64,000 nt of DNA from Chthonomonadales bacterium (GTDB taxonomy: Bacteria; Armatimonadota; Chthonomonadetes; Chthonomonadales; CAJBBX01), in NCBI GenBank assembly GCA_037443035.1, contig JBBIPC010000001.1:1-64000 (forward strand), written 5' to 3'. Shown in pieces: positions 27,209-36,454 of the stretch. Under the pieces are notes generated by a model. The model saw only the letters and a list, made by a program, of their open reading frames with translations, was not told where the DNA came from and made no database searches. The first letter of the stretch is position 1. Each line of letters begins with the position of its first letter. Made by a program: the position numbers and the translations under genes.

Positions 27209-28230
27209 TCCTCTTGGGTATCGAGACGTCATGCGATGAGACGTCTGCGGCGATCGTGGAAGATGGCACGCGAGTCCTGTCGAGCATCGTGGCCAGCCAG
27301 GCCGACTTGCACGCGAAGTGGGGCGGAGTCGTGCCCGAAGTCGCAAGCCGCCTGCACGTCGAACGCGTGCTACCGGTAATCACCGAGGCGATGGAAGCCG
27401 CGGCCGTAGGGAGTGCGTCGGTTCAAGCCATTGCCGTCACCAATCGACCCGGTCTCATTGGTGCGCTGGTCGTGGGCGTGGCGTGCGCCAAAGCCTTAGC
27501 CTTTGCATGGCGCGTGCCATTGCTGGGTGTCCATCATATCGTAGGTCACCTCTATGCGCCGCTGCTGTCAGAACCGACTTTCGGGTTTCCCTTCCTGTGC
27601 TTGGTGGTCTCGGGTGGTCATACGGAGCTGATCCTAGCCTCGGGCCACGGTTCATTCTGTACACTGGGCCGGACACGTGACGATGCCGCGGGAGAGTGCT
27701 TCGACAAGTGCGCAAGGCTCCTGGGGCTTCCGTATCCAGGCGGACCGGAGATGGAGCGTGTCGCGCGAGATGGCGATCCAGGGGCTGTGGCGTTCCCTCG
27801 TGCGTGGCTTGGCGATAGCTTGGACTTCAGCTTCAGCGGCCTGAAGACAGCAGTGGCGCGATTCATCGAGACAGATGGTGGGAGGACACCAACAGCGGAC
27901 GTAGCGGCGTCGCTCCAGGCCGCGATCGTCGAGGTCCTAGTAAACAAGGCGCTCCTGGCTGCAGAACGGACAGGTGTCTGCCGAGTGGCGCTAGGCGGAG
28001 GCGTGGCTGCGAACAAGACTCTGGCTCGCGAGTTCGCAGATGCGTGCCAGCGGAAAGGACTTCGGTATGTGGTGCCACCAGTGGAGCTCTGTACCGACAA
28101 CGCGGCCATGATCGCTGCGGCTGCACATCACCGTGCAACGGCGGGTGAGGACGATGGTCTTGCCATAGATACGGTAGCGACCGACTACCTCCCCCTGTGC
28201 CCGTCAGTTGCCGCTGGGCGCTCGAAATGA
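27205..28230 (+). CDS. tsaD: tRNA N6-threonylcarbamoyladenosine biosynthesis protein TsaD
   Basis: LGIETSCDETS, GGVVPEVASRLH, VSGGHT, DDAAGECFDK, CTDNAAMIA. Confidence 0.97.
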   Translation: MILLGIETSCDETSAAIVEDGTRVLSSIVASQADLHAKWGGVVPEVASRLHVERVLPVITEAMEAAAVGSASVQAIAVTNRPGLIGALVVGVACAKALAFAWRVPLLGVHHIVGHLYAPLLSEPTFGFPFLCLVVSGGHTELILASGHGSFCTLGRTRDDAAGECFDKCARLLGLPYPGGPEMERVARDGDPGAVAFPRAWLGDSLDFSFSGLKTAVARFIETDGGRTPTADVAASLQAAIVEVLVNKALLAAERTGVCRVALGGGVAANKTLAREFADACQRKGLRYVVPPVELCTDNAAMIAAAAHHRATAGEDDGLAIDTVATDYLPLCPSVAAGRSK

Positions 28231-28913
28231 GTGCGCCGTATGCATTGGATCGTTCCCGACGGCTGCTGCTCGCGACGTCTCTAGCGTCCGTGGTGCTGTG
28301 GTTCGTCCCAGGAGCGTTCCTTCTCATCTATCCCATCCGGCTTTTCGTCACCTTTGTCCACGAAGGCGGTCATGCGATCATGACCGTCATGACGGGTGGG
28401 CACGTTCTGGACATCCAGTTGGATGCTGCTGGCAATGGCTTGACGCAGTCCAACGGCGGCATGCCGGTGCTGATCTATCCGGCGGGCTACGTTGGGGCGA
28501 CTGCACTGGGAGGGCTGCTGCTCCTGATGGCTCGACCACGCCAAGGCAGAGCCGTCCTGGCAATACTCGCCGGTGCCATGGCGCTTGTAACCCTGCTGTG
28601 GGTGCGGAACCCCTTCGGGATCGCCGTTGGCGTTGGTTGGTGCCTCCTGCTCTTGACCATTCGGAGACTCGCGTCGCCCACCGTGTCGGACTTCGTATCG
28701 AGTTTCCTCGCGGTGCAACTGTGCCTGAACGCTGTTCTGGATGTGCGCATGCTCTGGTACCTGACCACGGATACCTCCGTACCTAACGATGCGGTCTTCA
28801 TGGCGAACCACTACGGTCTCACCCCGTGGTTCTGGGCAGGTCTGTGGGCAGGCTGCGCCGTAGCCATTCTCCTAGCGTGTCTGCGCCGAGCATGGTCCAG
28901 CCGGCGAACTTGA
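28227..28913 (+). CDS. M50 (M50B-like) membrane metallopeptidase
   Basis: TFVHEGGHA, PAGY, NDA motif and multiple TM segments. Confidence 0.85.
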   Translation: MSAPYALDRSRRLLLATSLASVVLWFVPGAFLLIYPIRLFVTFVHEGGHAIMTVMTGGHVLDIQLDAAGNGLTQSNGGMPVLIYPAGYVGATALGGLLLLMARPRQGRAVLAILAGAMALVTLLWVRNPFGIAVGVGWCLLLLTIRRLASPTVSDFVSSFLAVQLCLNAVLDVRMLWYLTTDTSVPNDAVFMANHYGLTPWFWAGLWAGCAVAILLACLRRAWSSRRT

Positions 28914-28939
28914 CTTCGCAGCAGGAGCGCACGTATACT
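28910..28939 (+). promoter_or_regulatory. sigma70-type promoter for the nitrilase-nadE operon
   Basis: TTGACT, 18-nt spacer, TATACT, about 100 nt upstream of the nitrilase start. Confidence 0.6.
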
Positions 28940-29040
28940 CTGGCCATCAACGGATCGTGCCCCCGCGAATGGGGGCATTCCGGTCTTCTGGCGAACGTTG
29001 TTCAGCCTCGCGAAGTTGGACGGAGGTAGGGAGAGACTCT

Positions 29041-29967
29041 TTGGCCATAGAGGTTGCGGCCGCGCAGATCAGGCCCAAGAAAGCAGACTACGATAGAAAC
29101 CTGGCGGCAGTCGGCGACGTCATGGAGCAGTTGTCTCACGACCAACCGGCGGCGGATTTGCTCGTGCTACCCGAAACGGTTCTCTCAGGCTATTTCCTCG
29201 AGGGCGGCGTTCGCGAGGTCGCCCGACCGGCCAAGCAAGTGTTCGAGGATCTCCTGCGCACGTATCGAAATCGCGTGCGGGAGCCAGGCGCTGTGCTGGA
29301 CGTAGCTGTTGGCTTCTACGAACTGGCCGATGGGCAGTACTACAACTCGGGCCTCTACGCGACGCTGACTTCGGATGGCACCGACGCGGAGGATGCGCGG
29401 ATCGTGCACGTTCACCGGAAGTTCTTTCTTCCGACCTATGGCGTTTTCGATGAGAAGCGGTTCGTGTCCAGGGGGCGCACCGTTCAGGCGTTCGATACCC
29501 GGCTCGGTCGCACGGCAATCCTGATCTGCGAGGATGCCTGGCACTCGGTGACTGGGACGCTGGCTGCGTTGCAGGGTGCCCAGATCATCCTCGTTCTGAG
29601 CGCTTCACCGGGGCGTGAGTTCGGAGGGAAGTCCATTGGCAACCTAGAGCGCTGGGACGTTCTCCTCAAGGGAATTGCGGAAGAACACGGAGTGTTCGTG
29701 GTCTATGCAGGGTTGATAGGCTTCGAGGGAGGCAAGGGCTTCACGGGTTCGTCGCGTGTTGTGGATCCGTGGGGACGAACGCTCGTGCGAGGTCCTGTGA
29801 CCGAGCCATGTATCGTCCGGGCACAGGCTCACCTGGACGACGTTGCTGTGGCTCGAGCGGCGACACCCTTGCTGGCGGATCTTGACGCTGCGTTGCGGGA
29901 CGTCGCGGCGCACTTCGAAATGCTTGCGCGCCCGCCTGCCGACACAAGGAGGCCGCATGAGCGCTAG
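29041..29967 (+). CDS. Nitrilase-family carbon-nitrogen hydrolase; likely glutaminase subunit of NAD synthetase
   Basis: E-K-C triad (LPET, HRKFFLPTYGVFDEKRF, ICEDAW); overlaps nadE. Confidence 0.88.
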   Translation: MAIEVAAAQIRPKKADYDRNLAAVGDVMEQLSHDQPAADLLVLPETVLSGYFLEGGVREVARPAKQVFEDLLRTYRNRVREPGAVLDVAVGFYELADGQYYNSGLYATLTSDGTDAEDARIVHVHRKFFLPTYGVFDEKRFVSRGRTVQAFDTRLGRTAILICEDAWHSVTGTLAALQGAQIILVLSASPGREFGGKSIGNLERWDVLLKGIAEEHGVFVVYAGLIGFEGGKGFTGSSRVVDPWGRTLVRGPVTEPCIVRAQAHLDDVAVARAATPLLADLDAALRDVAAHFEMLARPPADTRRPHER

Positions 29968-30823
29968 ACTGCCCATTCTGCGTGCCCCCGCGGCGGATCC
30001 TGAGAGCGATGCTGATCTGAAGATCAACGAACCGGTGCTGGCGGAGTGGCTTATCGCCTTCTTACGAGACGAGGTTGTGGAGCGCAGGGGGTTCGAGAAG
30101 GCTATCGTGGGGATATCCGGCGGGGTTGACTCCTCGCTGACGGCATTCCTGTGTGCCCGGGCGCTCGGACCAGAGCATGTTATCGGCGTCCGCATGCCTT
30201 ACCGGACTAGCAGCCCGGATAGCTTGGCCCATGCCCAACTGGTTGCCGATGTACTGGGGATCGAGTGTCGTACGGTGGATATCTCGCCGGCGGTGGACGG
30301 CTACCTGGCAACCCAGCCGGACGCAGACGCGCGACGCAAGGGCAACGTCATGGCGCGTATCCGGATGATCGTCCTTTTCGACCTATCGGCTGCGCTCGGC
30401 GCGCTGCCGGTGGGTACGGGAAACAAGACGGAGCGTCTGTTCGGCTACTTCACATGGCACGCCGATGACTCACCGCCCGTCAATCCTCTGGGCGACCTTT
30501 TCAAGACTCAGGTGTGGTCGCTGGCGAGATACATGGGTGTGCCAGAGGCGATTGTCAACAAGCCTGCCTCGGCGGATCTCATCGTGGGTCAAACGGACGA
30601 GGACGACTTCGGTATCTCCTACGCTCGTGCCGACCGCATTCTCTTCTACCTCCTGCGCGGTTTCACGGTGGATCGTCTGGTGGAGATGGGTTTCCCGAGC
30701 AGTGACGTTATGCTCGTCAAGAGCAAGTTAGACTCCACCCACTGGAAGCGGCACATGCCGACCACTGCAATGTTGTCCACGACGTCCATCAACGACTACT
30801 ATCTGCGGCCCGTAGACTACTGA
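29957..30823 (+). CDS. nadE: NAD+ synthetase (synthetase subunit)
   Basis: GISGGVDSS, GNVMARIRM, GTGNKTE, PLGDLFKTQV, SADL..GQTDEDD. Confidence 0.96.
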   Translation: MSARLPILRAPAADPESDADLKINEPVLAEWLIAFLRDEVVERRGFEKAIVGISGGVDSSLTAFLCARALGPEHVIGVRMPYRTSSPDSLAHAQLVADVLGIECRTVDISPAVDGYLATQPDADARRKGNVMARIRMIVLFDLSAALGALPVGTGNKTERLFGYFTWHADDSPPVNPLGDLFKTQVWSLARYMGVPEAIVNKPASADLIVGQTDEDDFGISYARADRILFYLLRGFTVDRLVEMGFPSSDVMLVKSKLDSTHWKRHMPTTAMLSTTSINDYYLRPVDY

Positions 30824-30824
30824 C

Positions 30825-31964
30825 GTGCGCACTGGGGTGCTGCTGCGTTCCGCCGTTTTGATGGCCGTGCATCATCCCCATCTCGCGCTAGGTTATGTCC
30901 GCAGTCGGTTGCGACTCCGGCAAGTCCTCGAGGAACAGAGGCGAGGCGATGGTTGGAGCGCCCGTCCTCTGGGCATTACTCTCAAGCCAGTGCTGAGCTG
31001 CAATCTGCGGTGCGCCATGTGCTCCTTTGTCGCCAACAAGGCGGTCGACAGCAGCCCCCACGACAGTCTGCCGCTCGATGTTTGGACCCGCCTTGTGGAC
31101 GAAGTGGCGCACTGGCGGCCGTATCTTTGGCTTACGGGCGGTGAGCCTACGCTGTACCCCGCCGTACTGCCGCTCATACGGCATGTGAAGTCCCGTGGCC
31201 TTCTCTGCGGTATGACGACCAACGGAGTGACACTGGAAGCTCTGGCGGAGGCGATCGTTCAGGCGCGCTTGGACATCCTCGTCGTGTCGCTCGATGGTCC
31301 AGGCGATGTCCATGACCGGGTGCGCGGCAAGCCTGGTGCCTTCGACCGCGCTCGAAGGGGAATAGAAGCACTCCGACGCGCGCAGGATAACGATAGACGC
31401 CGTCGGCCAGTCGTGGTGATCAACTGCTCCCTGAGTTCTGGCAATTACAACCGAGCGCATGAGATGGTTGCACTCGCGGACGACCTGGGCGTCGCAGCTC
31501 TTCATGTTCAACACCTGTGGATGCTCACGGAGGAAATGGTGGCGGCGCACAATGTCCGCTGGGGTGCGGAGCACTACGTGTCGCCGGACATGTGGGCGAT
31601 GTCCCGAGACCACGGTATGGATCCAGAATGCGTGGCCGAGACGGTCCAACGCCTGGCACGCACTCGAACATCGGTCCCTATCCTTTACCAGCCGGATCTA
31701 GCTCGAGCTGAGATCGAGCTGTACTATGCAGCCCCTAGTACGTTCGTGCGCAGACGACCGGCGGTGTGTGCATGGGTAAACACGGATGTCCTCCCGAACG
31801 GCGACGTGTCACCATGCTACGATGTGGTCTGCGGTAATATCCGTCGCGACAGCTTCACGGACATTTGGAACAACGCGGCCTTCAGGCGGCACAGACAGCG
31901 CCTGAGCAAGGAAGGGGACTTCCCGATCTGCGCCCGATGCTGCGCCTATTGGCGAAGGGAATAG
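30825..31964 (+). CDS. Radical SAM protein with SPASM/twitch-like domain
   Basis: CNLRCAMC, TGGEPTL, C...PNGDVSPC...GNI...CARCC. Confidence 0.9.
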   Translation: MRTGVLLRSAVLMAVHHPHLALGYVRSRLRLRQVLEEQRRGDGWSARPLGITLKPVLSCNLRCAMCSFVANKAVDSSPHDSLPLDVWTRLVDEVAHWRPYLWLTGGEPTLYPAVLPLIRHVKSRGLLCGMTTNGVTLEALAEAIVQARLDILVVSLDGPGDVHDRVRGKPGAFDRARRGIEALRRAQDNDRRRRPVVVINCSLSSGNYNRAHEMVALADDLGVAALHVQHLWMLTEEMVAAHNVRWGAEHYVSPDMWAMSRDHGMDPECVAETVQRLARTRTSVPILYQPDLARAEIELYYAAPSTFVRRRPAVCAWVNTDVLPNGDVSPCYDVVCGNIRRDSFTDIWNNAAFRRHRQRLSKEGDFPICARCCAYWRRE

Positions 31965-31967
31965 ACC

Positions 31968-32552
31968 ATGGGCAGCTTACGAGAAACCGATGTGTGGCGG
32001 TTGTTCGAGGAGTCGGGAGCAATGTTGACAGGCCATTTCCTCCTGAGTTCGGGTCTCCATAGCGATCGGTACCTGGAGAAATTCCGTGTAGTCGAGAGCC
32101 CCGCGACACTGGAACCGCTGTGTAGAGAGCTGGCAGAGCGTTACCGCGATACTGAACCGCAGTACGTCATGGGACCGACCACGGCCGGAATCATTCTTGC
32201 ATACGGCGTCGCAAGGCATCTCGGCGTCCTTGCGAGATATGCAGAACCGTCGGCAGGTGGCCGGGCCCTACGCCGCGGGCAGACACTTCCCCGAGGAGCG
32301 AGGGTGCTGATCGTTGACGATATCCTCACCACCGGCCTTTCTGTCAGGGAGTGTCTCCAGATTGTACGCGAACATGAGGCGTACGCCGTCGGAGTCGGTG
32401 TCTTGGCCGACCGGAGCGGAGGGCGCGTGGCCTTCGGCGTCCGTCTGGAGGCTCTGCTCCGCGCAGACATTCCGACCTACCAGCCAGAAGACTGCCCGCT
32501 GTGCAAGCAGGGCCTTCCGCTAGTGAAACCGGGTTCGCGCAGTCCAGTTTAG
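31968..32552 (+). CDS. pyrE: Orotate phosphoribosyltransferase
   Basis: GHFLLSSGLHSDRY, VLIVDDILTTG, CPLC...KPGSR. Confidence 0.94.
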   Translation: MGSLRETDVWRLFEESGAMLTGHFLLSSGLHSDRYLEKFRVVESPATLEPLCRELAERYRDTEPQYVMGPTTAGIILAYGVARHLGVLARYAEPSAGGRALRRGQTLPRGARVLIVDDILTTGLSVRECLQIVREHEAYAVGVGVLADRSGGRVAFGVRLEALLRADIPTYQPEDCPLCKQGLPLVKPGSRSPV

Positions 32553-32583
32553 TTGCTGGTTCGTGCTTCAAGGGGGTGTACCA

Positions 32584-35112
32584 GTGGACCGTCGAGTATT
32601 CCTGGGACTCCTGCTCTGTACTATGGCTGACATCGCGACGTCCCTCTGTGGCGCGGATGCACGGGCATACCCAGCTCAGGAACGTCTCGCTAATCCCGGT
32701 TTCGAGGCCAACGAGAATGGGCGACTGGTGGGTTGGACACCGTTCGAGCAGGGCTACGAACTGTCTTCCGACAGACGGTCGGGCGCGACGTGCATACGGT
32801 GTGTGAATGCGACCACAGACGACCGACGCGGCGCAACAGCGGTGGTTGTCCTGAACCAGAGCGAGCCACGGCCGATCATCGTCGAGGGCTACAGTCGTGC
32901 CGAGAACGTGGGAGGGTTCCGCAACAACGATTACAGCATATACCTCGACTTGACCTATATGGACGGGACTCCCCTGTGGGGGCAGACAGCTCCTTTCTCG
33001 GTTGGCACACACGAGTGGCAGCGAAGGCGGGTTCTTGTCTGTCCGGTGAAACCTGTACGGGTCCTTTACGTTCACGCTCTGTTTCGGCATCATACGGGAA
33101 CCGCATGGTTCGATGACTTCAGCGTACGTGAGCTGGATCCGGGCAGCGTATTCGACGGCCAGGCTCTGGAACCGCCGCGGTTGGGCCCTGGTGAGAGCCA
33201 AGGCTGGTTCGTACGGGACGTCGAAGCGTCATCCGCCATTGCGTCGTACCGTGACGCACGACGCCTGAGTCTCTCATGTCGTCTGCTCGCGGATGGAAGC
33301 AAGATCGAGGTTAGCGACCTCACGGGTCGGCCACGGTGCGTCACTATCTATTACGCGGTGAGGGTGGTCCAGAGGAACCTGAGATGGTGGCACGACATGC
33401 GTCGAAGCGTGCCGTGCGCCGGCAAGGGCGAGTATACCAACGTAACCCGGCTCGGGGTTGGGGCGACGGGCACGCAATCGCTCTACCCACTTGCGTGTGT
33501 TGCAGGTCCTCGGTTCGGAAGGGCCGTGGCCATACCACCTTCACAGGGCGCATGCGTGGCGCGCTTGGGTTACCATGCGGGCGCTGGCCTTCTGTACGTT
33601 GGCTTCGATGTAGCTCTGTATCCCAGTAGCAAATACAACAGTCGCGACGGACACGGCCTGGCCCGCGTTGCAGTCGTCTCCTGGCCTACTGACCCGCGGT
33701 GGGGGTTTCGCGCCGCTCTGCGGGACTATTACAGGCGCTTCCCTGAGGCGTTCGCCAGGCGTTCGAAGAAGGACGGCCTGTGGATCCCGTTCACCGATCC
33801 CTCGACGGTCGAGGGGTTAGCCGACTTCGGCATCGCGTACCACGAAGGAGACAACAGTGTGGCCTCCGACGACCGTCTGGGCATTCTGAGCTTTCGCTAC
33901 ACAGAACCGATGACATGGTGGATGCCAATGGCTCCGGAGGTGCCGCGAACCTATGAGGCAGCAGTCGAGTTGATTCATCGGTACCTTGCCGGAAACGACC
34001 GGCATCAACGTGCACTGGCACAGTCCGTCATGCACTCCGGGTCTCACGACGAACAGGGACGGTTCAACGTGGAGTTCCAGAACGCGCCGTGGACGAATGG
34101 TGCCGTATGGGTGCTGAATCCGAACCCGCGCCTGCCGTCACCGGCTGGGGAGGTCACGAAGGCATCCATGGCGTTCGGTCCGGACGTTGTCAAGCGACTG
34201 TACGCGGCCGATCGACAAGCCGTGTTGGACGGCGAGTATCTGGACTCGCTGGAAGGGTGGGCGGACGTGCTCGATTATCGGAAAGAGAGCCTCGAGTTCT
34301 CCACTCTACCCCCGACGTTCAGTTATGACGAGCTTCGCCCTGTCATCCCGACATGGTTCTCCGTGTACGAGCTTGCGCGGCACATGCGCAACGATCTCCT
34401 GCGGCGCGGGAAGTTGCTCATGGCGAACGCTACTCCGTGGCGGATCCACGCGTTCGCGCCGCTCCTGGACGTGATGGGCACCGAGACGAACTGGCTGCCT
34501 GGCGGCACATGGCGACCCGATAGCGACGCCATCTTCTGCCTTCGCAGGGCGGTCTGCTATCAGAAGCCCTATCTCTTGCTCCAGAACACGGATTTCGACA
34601 GGTTCACGACCGAGCACGTGGATCGCTACATGCAGCGCTGCATGTTCTACGCCGTCTTCCCAAGCATGTTCAGCGCGGACGCATCTACGCGGAATTACTG
34701 GACGCAACCACAGTGGTACAACAGAGATCGGCACCTCTTCAAGCGGTATGTGCCGCTCATCGCCCGTCTTTCGGCGGCTGGTTGGCAGCCTGTTACCGGT
34801 GCGGTAAGCAGCAATCCGGACGTACTTATCGAGAGGTACGGGTCGGGCTACCTGACCGTATTCAATGGCTCTGACCGACCGACTTCATCGGACATCATCA
34901 TAGATCCGGTCATGTTCACCGCGAAAGGCAGCACTCTAACGGTAAGCGACGCCGTGGCGCAAAGCCCGCTCGCAGTGGAACGCATCGCACCGAGGCAGAC
35001 TGGTGGGAACGTTCTACGTTACCGGCTTCACCTCGCCATAGGATCGGAGGAGTGCAAGGTACTCCATCTGACCTGGATCCCGTCACGCACACGACATACT
35101 AGAGGAAGATAG
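32584..35112 (+). CDS. Large exported hypothetical protein, possible CBM plus glycoside hydrolase-like domains
   Basis: N-terminal DRRVFL twin-arginine-like signal, LANPGFE...AWFDDFSV CBM-like module, DGEYLDS and GTET acidic motifs. Confidence 0.55.
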   Translation: MDRRVFLGLLLCTMADIATSLCGADARAYPAQERLANPGFEANENGRLVGWTPFEQGYELSSDRRSGATCIRCVNATTDDRRGATAVVVLNQSEPRPIIVEGYSRAENVGGFRNNDYSIYLDLTYMDGTPLWGQTAPFSVGTHEWQRRRVLVCPVKPVRVLYVHALFRHHTGTAWFDDFSVRELDPGSVFDGQALEPPRLGPGESQGWFVRDVEASSAIASYRDARRLSLSCRLLADGSKIEVSDLTGRPRCVTIYYAVRVVQRNLRWWHDMRRSVPCAGKGEYTNVTRLGVGATGTQSLYPLACVAGPRFGRAVAIPPSQGACVARLGYHAGAGLLYVGFDVALYPSSKYNSRDGHGLARVAVVSWPTDPRWGFRAALRDYYRRFPEAFARRSKKDGLWIPFTDPSTVEGLADFGIAYHEGDNSVASDDRLGILSFRYTEPMTWWMPMAPEVPRTYEAAVELIHRYLAGNDRHQRALAQSVMHSGSHDEQGRFNVEFQNAPWTNGAVWVLNPNPRLPSPAGEVTKASMAFGPDVVKRLYAADRQAVLDGEYLDSLEGWADVLDYRKESLEFSTLPPTFSYDELRPVIPTWFSVYELARHMRNDLLRRGKLLMANATPWRIHAFAPLLDVMGTETNWLPGGTWRPDSDAIFCLRRAVCYQKPYLLLQNTDFDRFTTEHVDRYMQRCMFYAVFPSMFSADASTRNYWTQPQWYNRDRHLFKRYVPLIARLSAAGWQPVTGAVSSNPDVLIERYGSGYLTVFNGSDRPTSSDIIIDPVMFTAKGSTLTVSDAVAQSPLAVERIAPRQTGGNVLRYRLHLAIGSEECKVLHLTWIPSRTRHTRGR

Positions 35113-35116
35113 CGCA

Positions 35117-35509
35117 ATGAAAAAAGAGCCAATCTGGACCACGACGTCGGTTGCCTCGGCACCATACACGCCCGGCATCCGATGCGGAGACCTTGTGTTT
35201 GTCTCCGGTCAGGTACCCGTGGATCCTACCACTCGCCAGCTCGTTGAGGGAGAGTTCGAGGATCGCGTCCGGCAGTGCATTCGCAATATCGAGGCTGTCC
35301 TGAAGGAAGCTGGCCTGAGCCTGGAGCACGTCGTGAAGACCACGGTGTTCTTGACGGACATGGCCCTGTTCGGCCGGATGAATGTGGTCTACGCGGAATA
35401 TTGGGGCCAGATCAAGCCGGCACGGAGCTGCGTACAGGTAGCCGCTCTGCCCTTGGGCGTCGATGTGGAGATCGAGGCCATAGCAGTGATGGAGGGAACG
35501 ACCAGCTAG
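35117..35509 (+). CDS. RidA/YjgF family imine deaminase
   Basis: FVSGQVP, VVKTTVFL, PARSCVQVAALP...VEIEAIA. Confidence 0.93.
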   Translation: MKKEPIWTTTSVASAPYTPGIRCGDLVFVSGQVPVDPTTRQLVEGEFEDRVRQCIRNIEAVLKEAGLSLEHVVKTTVFLTDMALFGRMNVVYAEYWGQIKPARSCVQVAALPLGVDVEIEAIAVMEGTTS

Positions 35510-36399
35510 GCTAGGAGGGCTTCCACGAAAGCCGCCGGCTCGAAATCCTCGAGGTCCTCCGGTTTCTCCCCGCATCCCACGAGCTTGATCGGCAGGCGCA
35601 ATTCGTCCGCTATGCTGACCACGATACCACCTCGGGCCGTACCATCGAGCTTGGCGAGCACAATGCCGCTTACCGGTACGGCCTCGGTGAAGAGACGCGC
35701 CTGGCTGATACCATTCTGACCCGTCGTGGCATCCAACACGAGAAGGATCTCATCGGCTGGTCTCCCGAGCTCCCTCTGTGTCACGCGAGCGACCTTCTTG
35801 AGCTCCTCCATGAGATGCGTCTTGGTATGTATCCTGCCTGCCGTATCGGCGAGTACGTAGTCGGCACCCCGAGCTCGTGCAGCATGGATGGCATCGAAGA
35901 CAACTGCCGATGGATCAGATCCTGGCCGATGCCGGACGACCTCGCAGCCCAGTCTGGTCGCCCACGTCTCCAACTGTTCAATCGCAGCCGCCCGGAAGGT
36001 ATCTCCAGCGGCCATGAGAACCCTGGAACCTGCTGCCATGAGGCGGTACGCAACTTTGGCGATGGTGGTTGTCTTCCCGGTGCCGTTGACGCCGACGAAC
36101 AAGAAGACGGTCGGCGGAGTATCGGCACGCGCGAGCGTTCCGCCTTGCATGGGAGCTGACGCAAGCGCATTCTGGAGCTCCGCCTTGAGGGCATCCCTGA
36201 CCTGCGCAGGATCGGACCAACGTTCCTGGCGGCTCCGCGCTCGTAGACGATCCAGGACTGCCGTTACCATGCGGACCGAGACGTCTGCACGGATGAGCGT
36301 ATCCTCTAGCTCATCGAACAGGTCTTCATCAATGCGTCCCCGCCGCGCAACCAGTGCATCGAGACCTCGGAATATGCTCTTGACGAAACTGAAACGCAT
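35506..36399 (-). CDS. ftsY: Signal recognition particle receptor FtsY (NG domain only)
   Basis: GVNGTGKTTTIAK, DTFRAAA, DTAGR, DATTGQN, KLDGTARGG. Confidence 0.96.
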   Translation of the reverse strand: MRFSFVKSIFRGLDALVARRGRIDEDLFDELEDTLIRADVSVRMVTAVLDRLRARSRQERWSDPAQVRDALKAELQNALASAPMQGGTLARADTPPTVFLFVGVNGTGKTTTIAKVAYRLMAAGSRVLMAAGDTFRAAAIEQLETWATRLGCEVVRHRPGSDPSAVVFDAIHAARARGADYVLADTAGRIHTKTHLMEELKKVARVTQRELGRPADEILLVLDATTGQNGISQARLFTEAVPVSGIVLAKLDGTARGGIVVSIADELRLPIKLVGCGEKPEDLEDFEPAAFVEALLA

Positions 36400-36454
36400 A
36401 CTTTCTCCTCGCTCGGGGATTGTCGTAACCACTCGTGGAGTGGTGCCGCGACAA

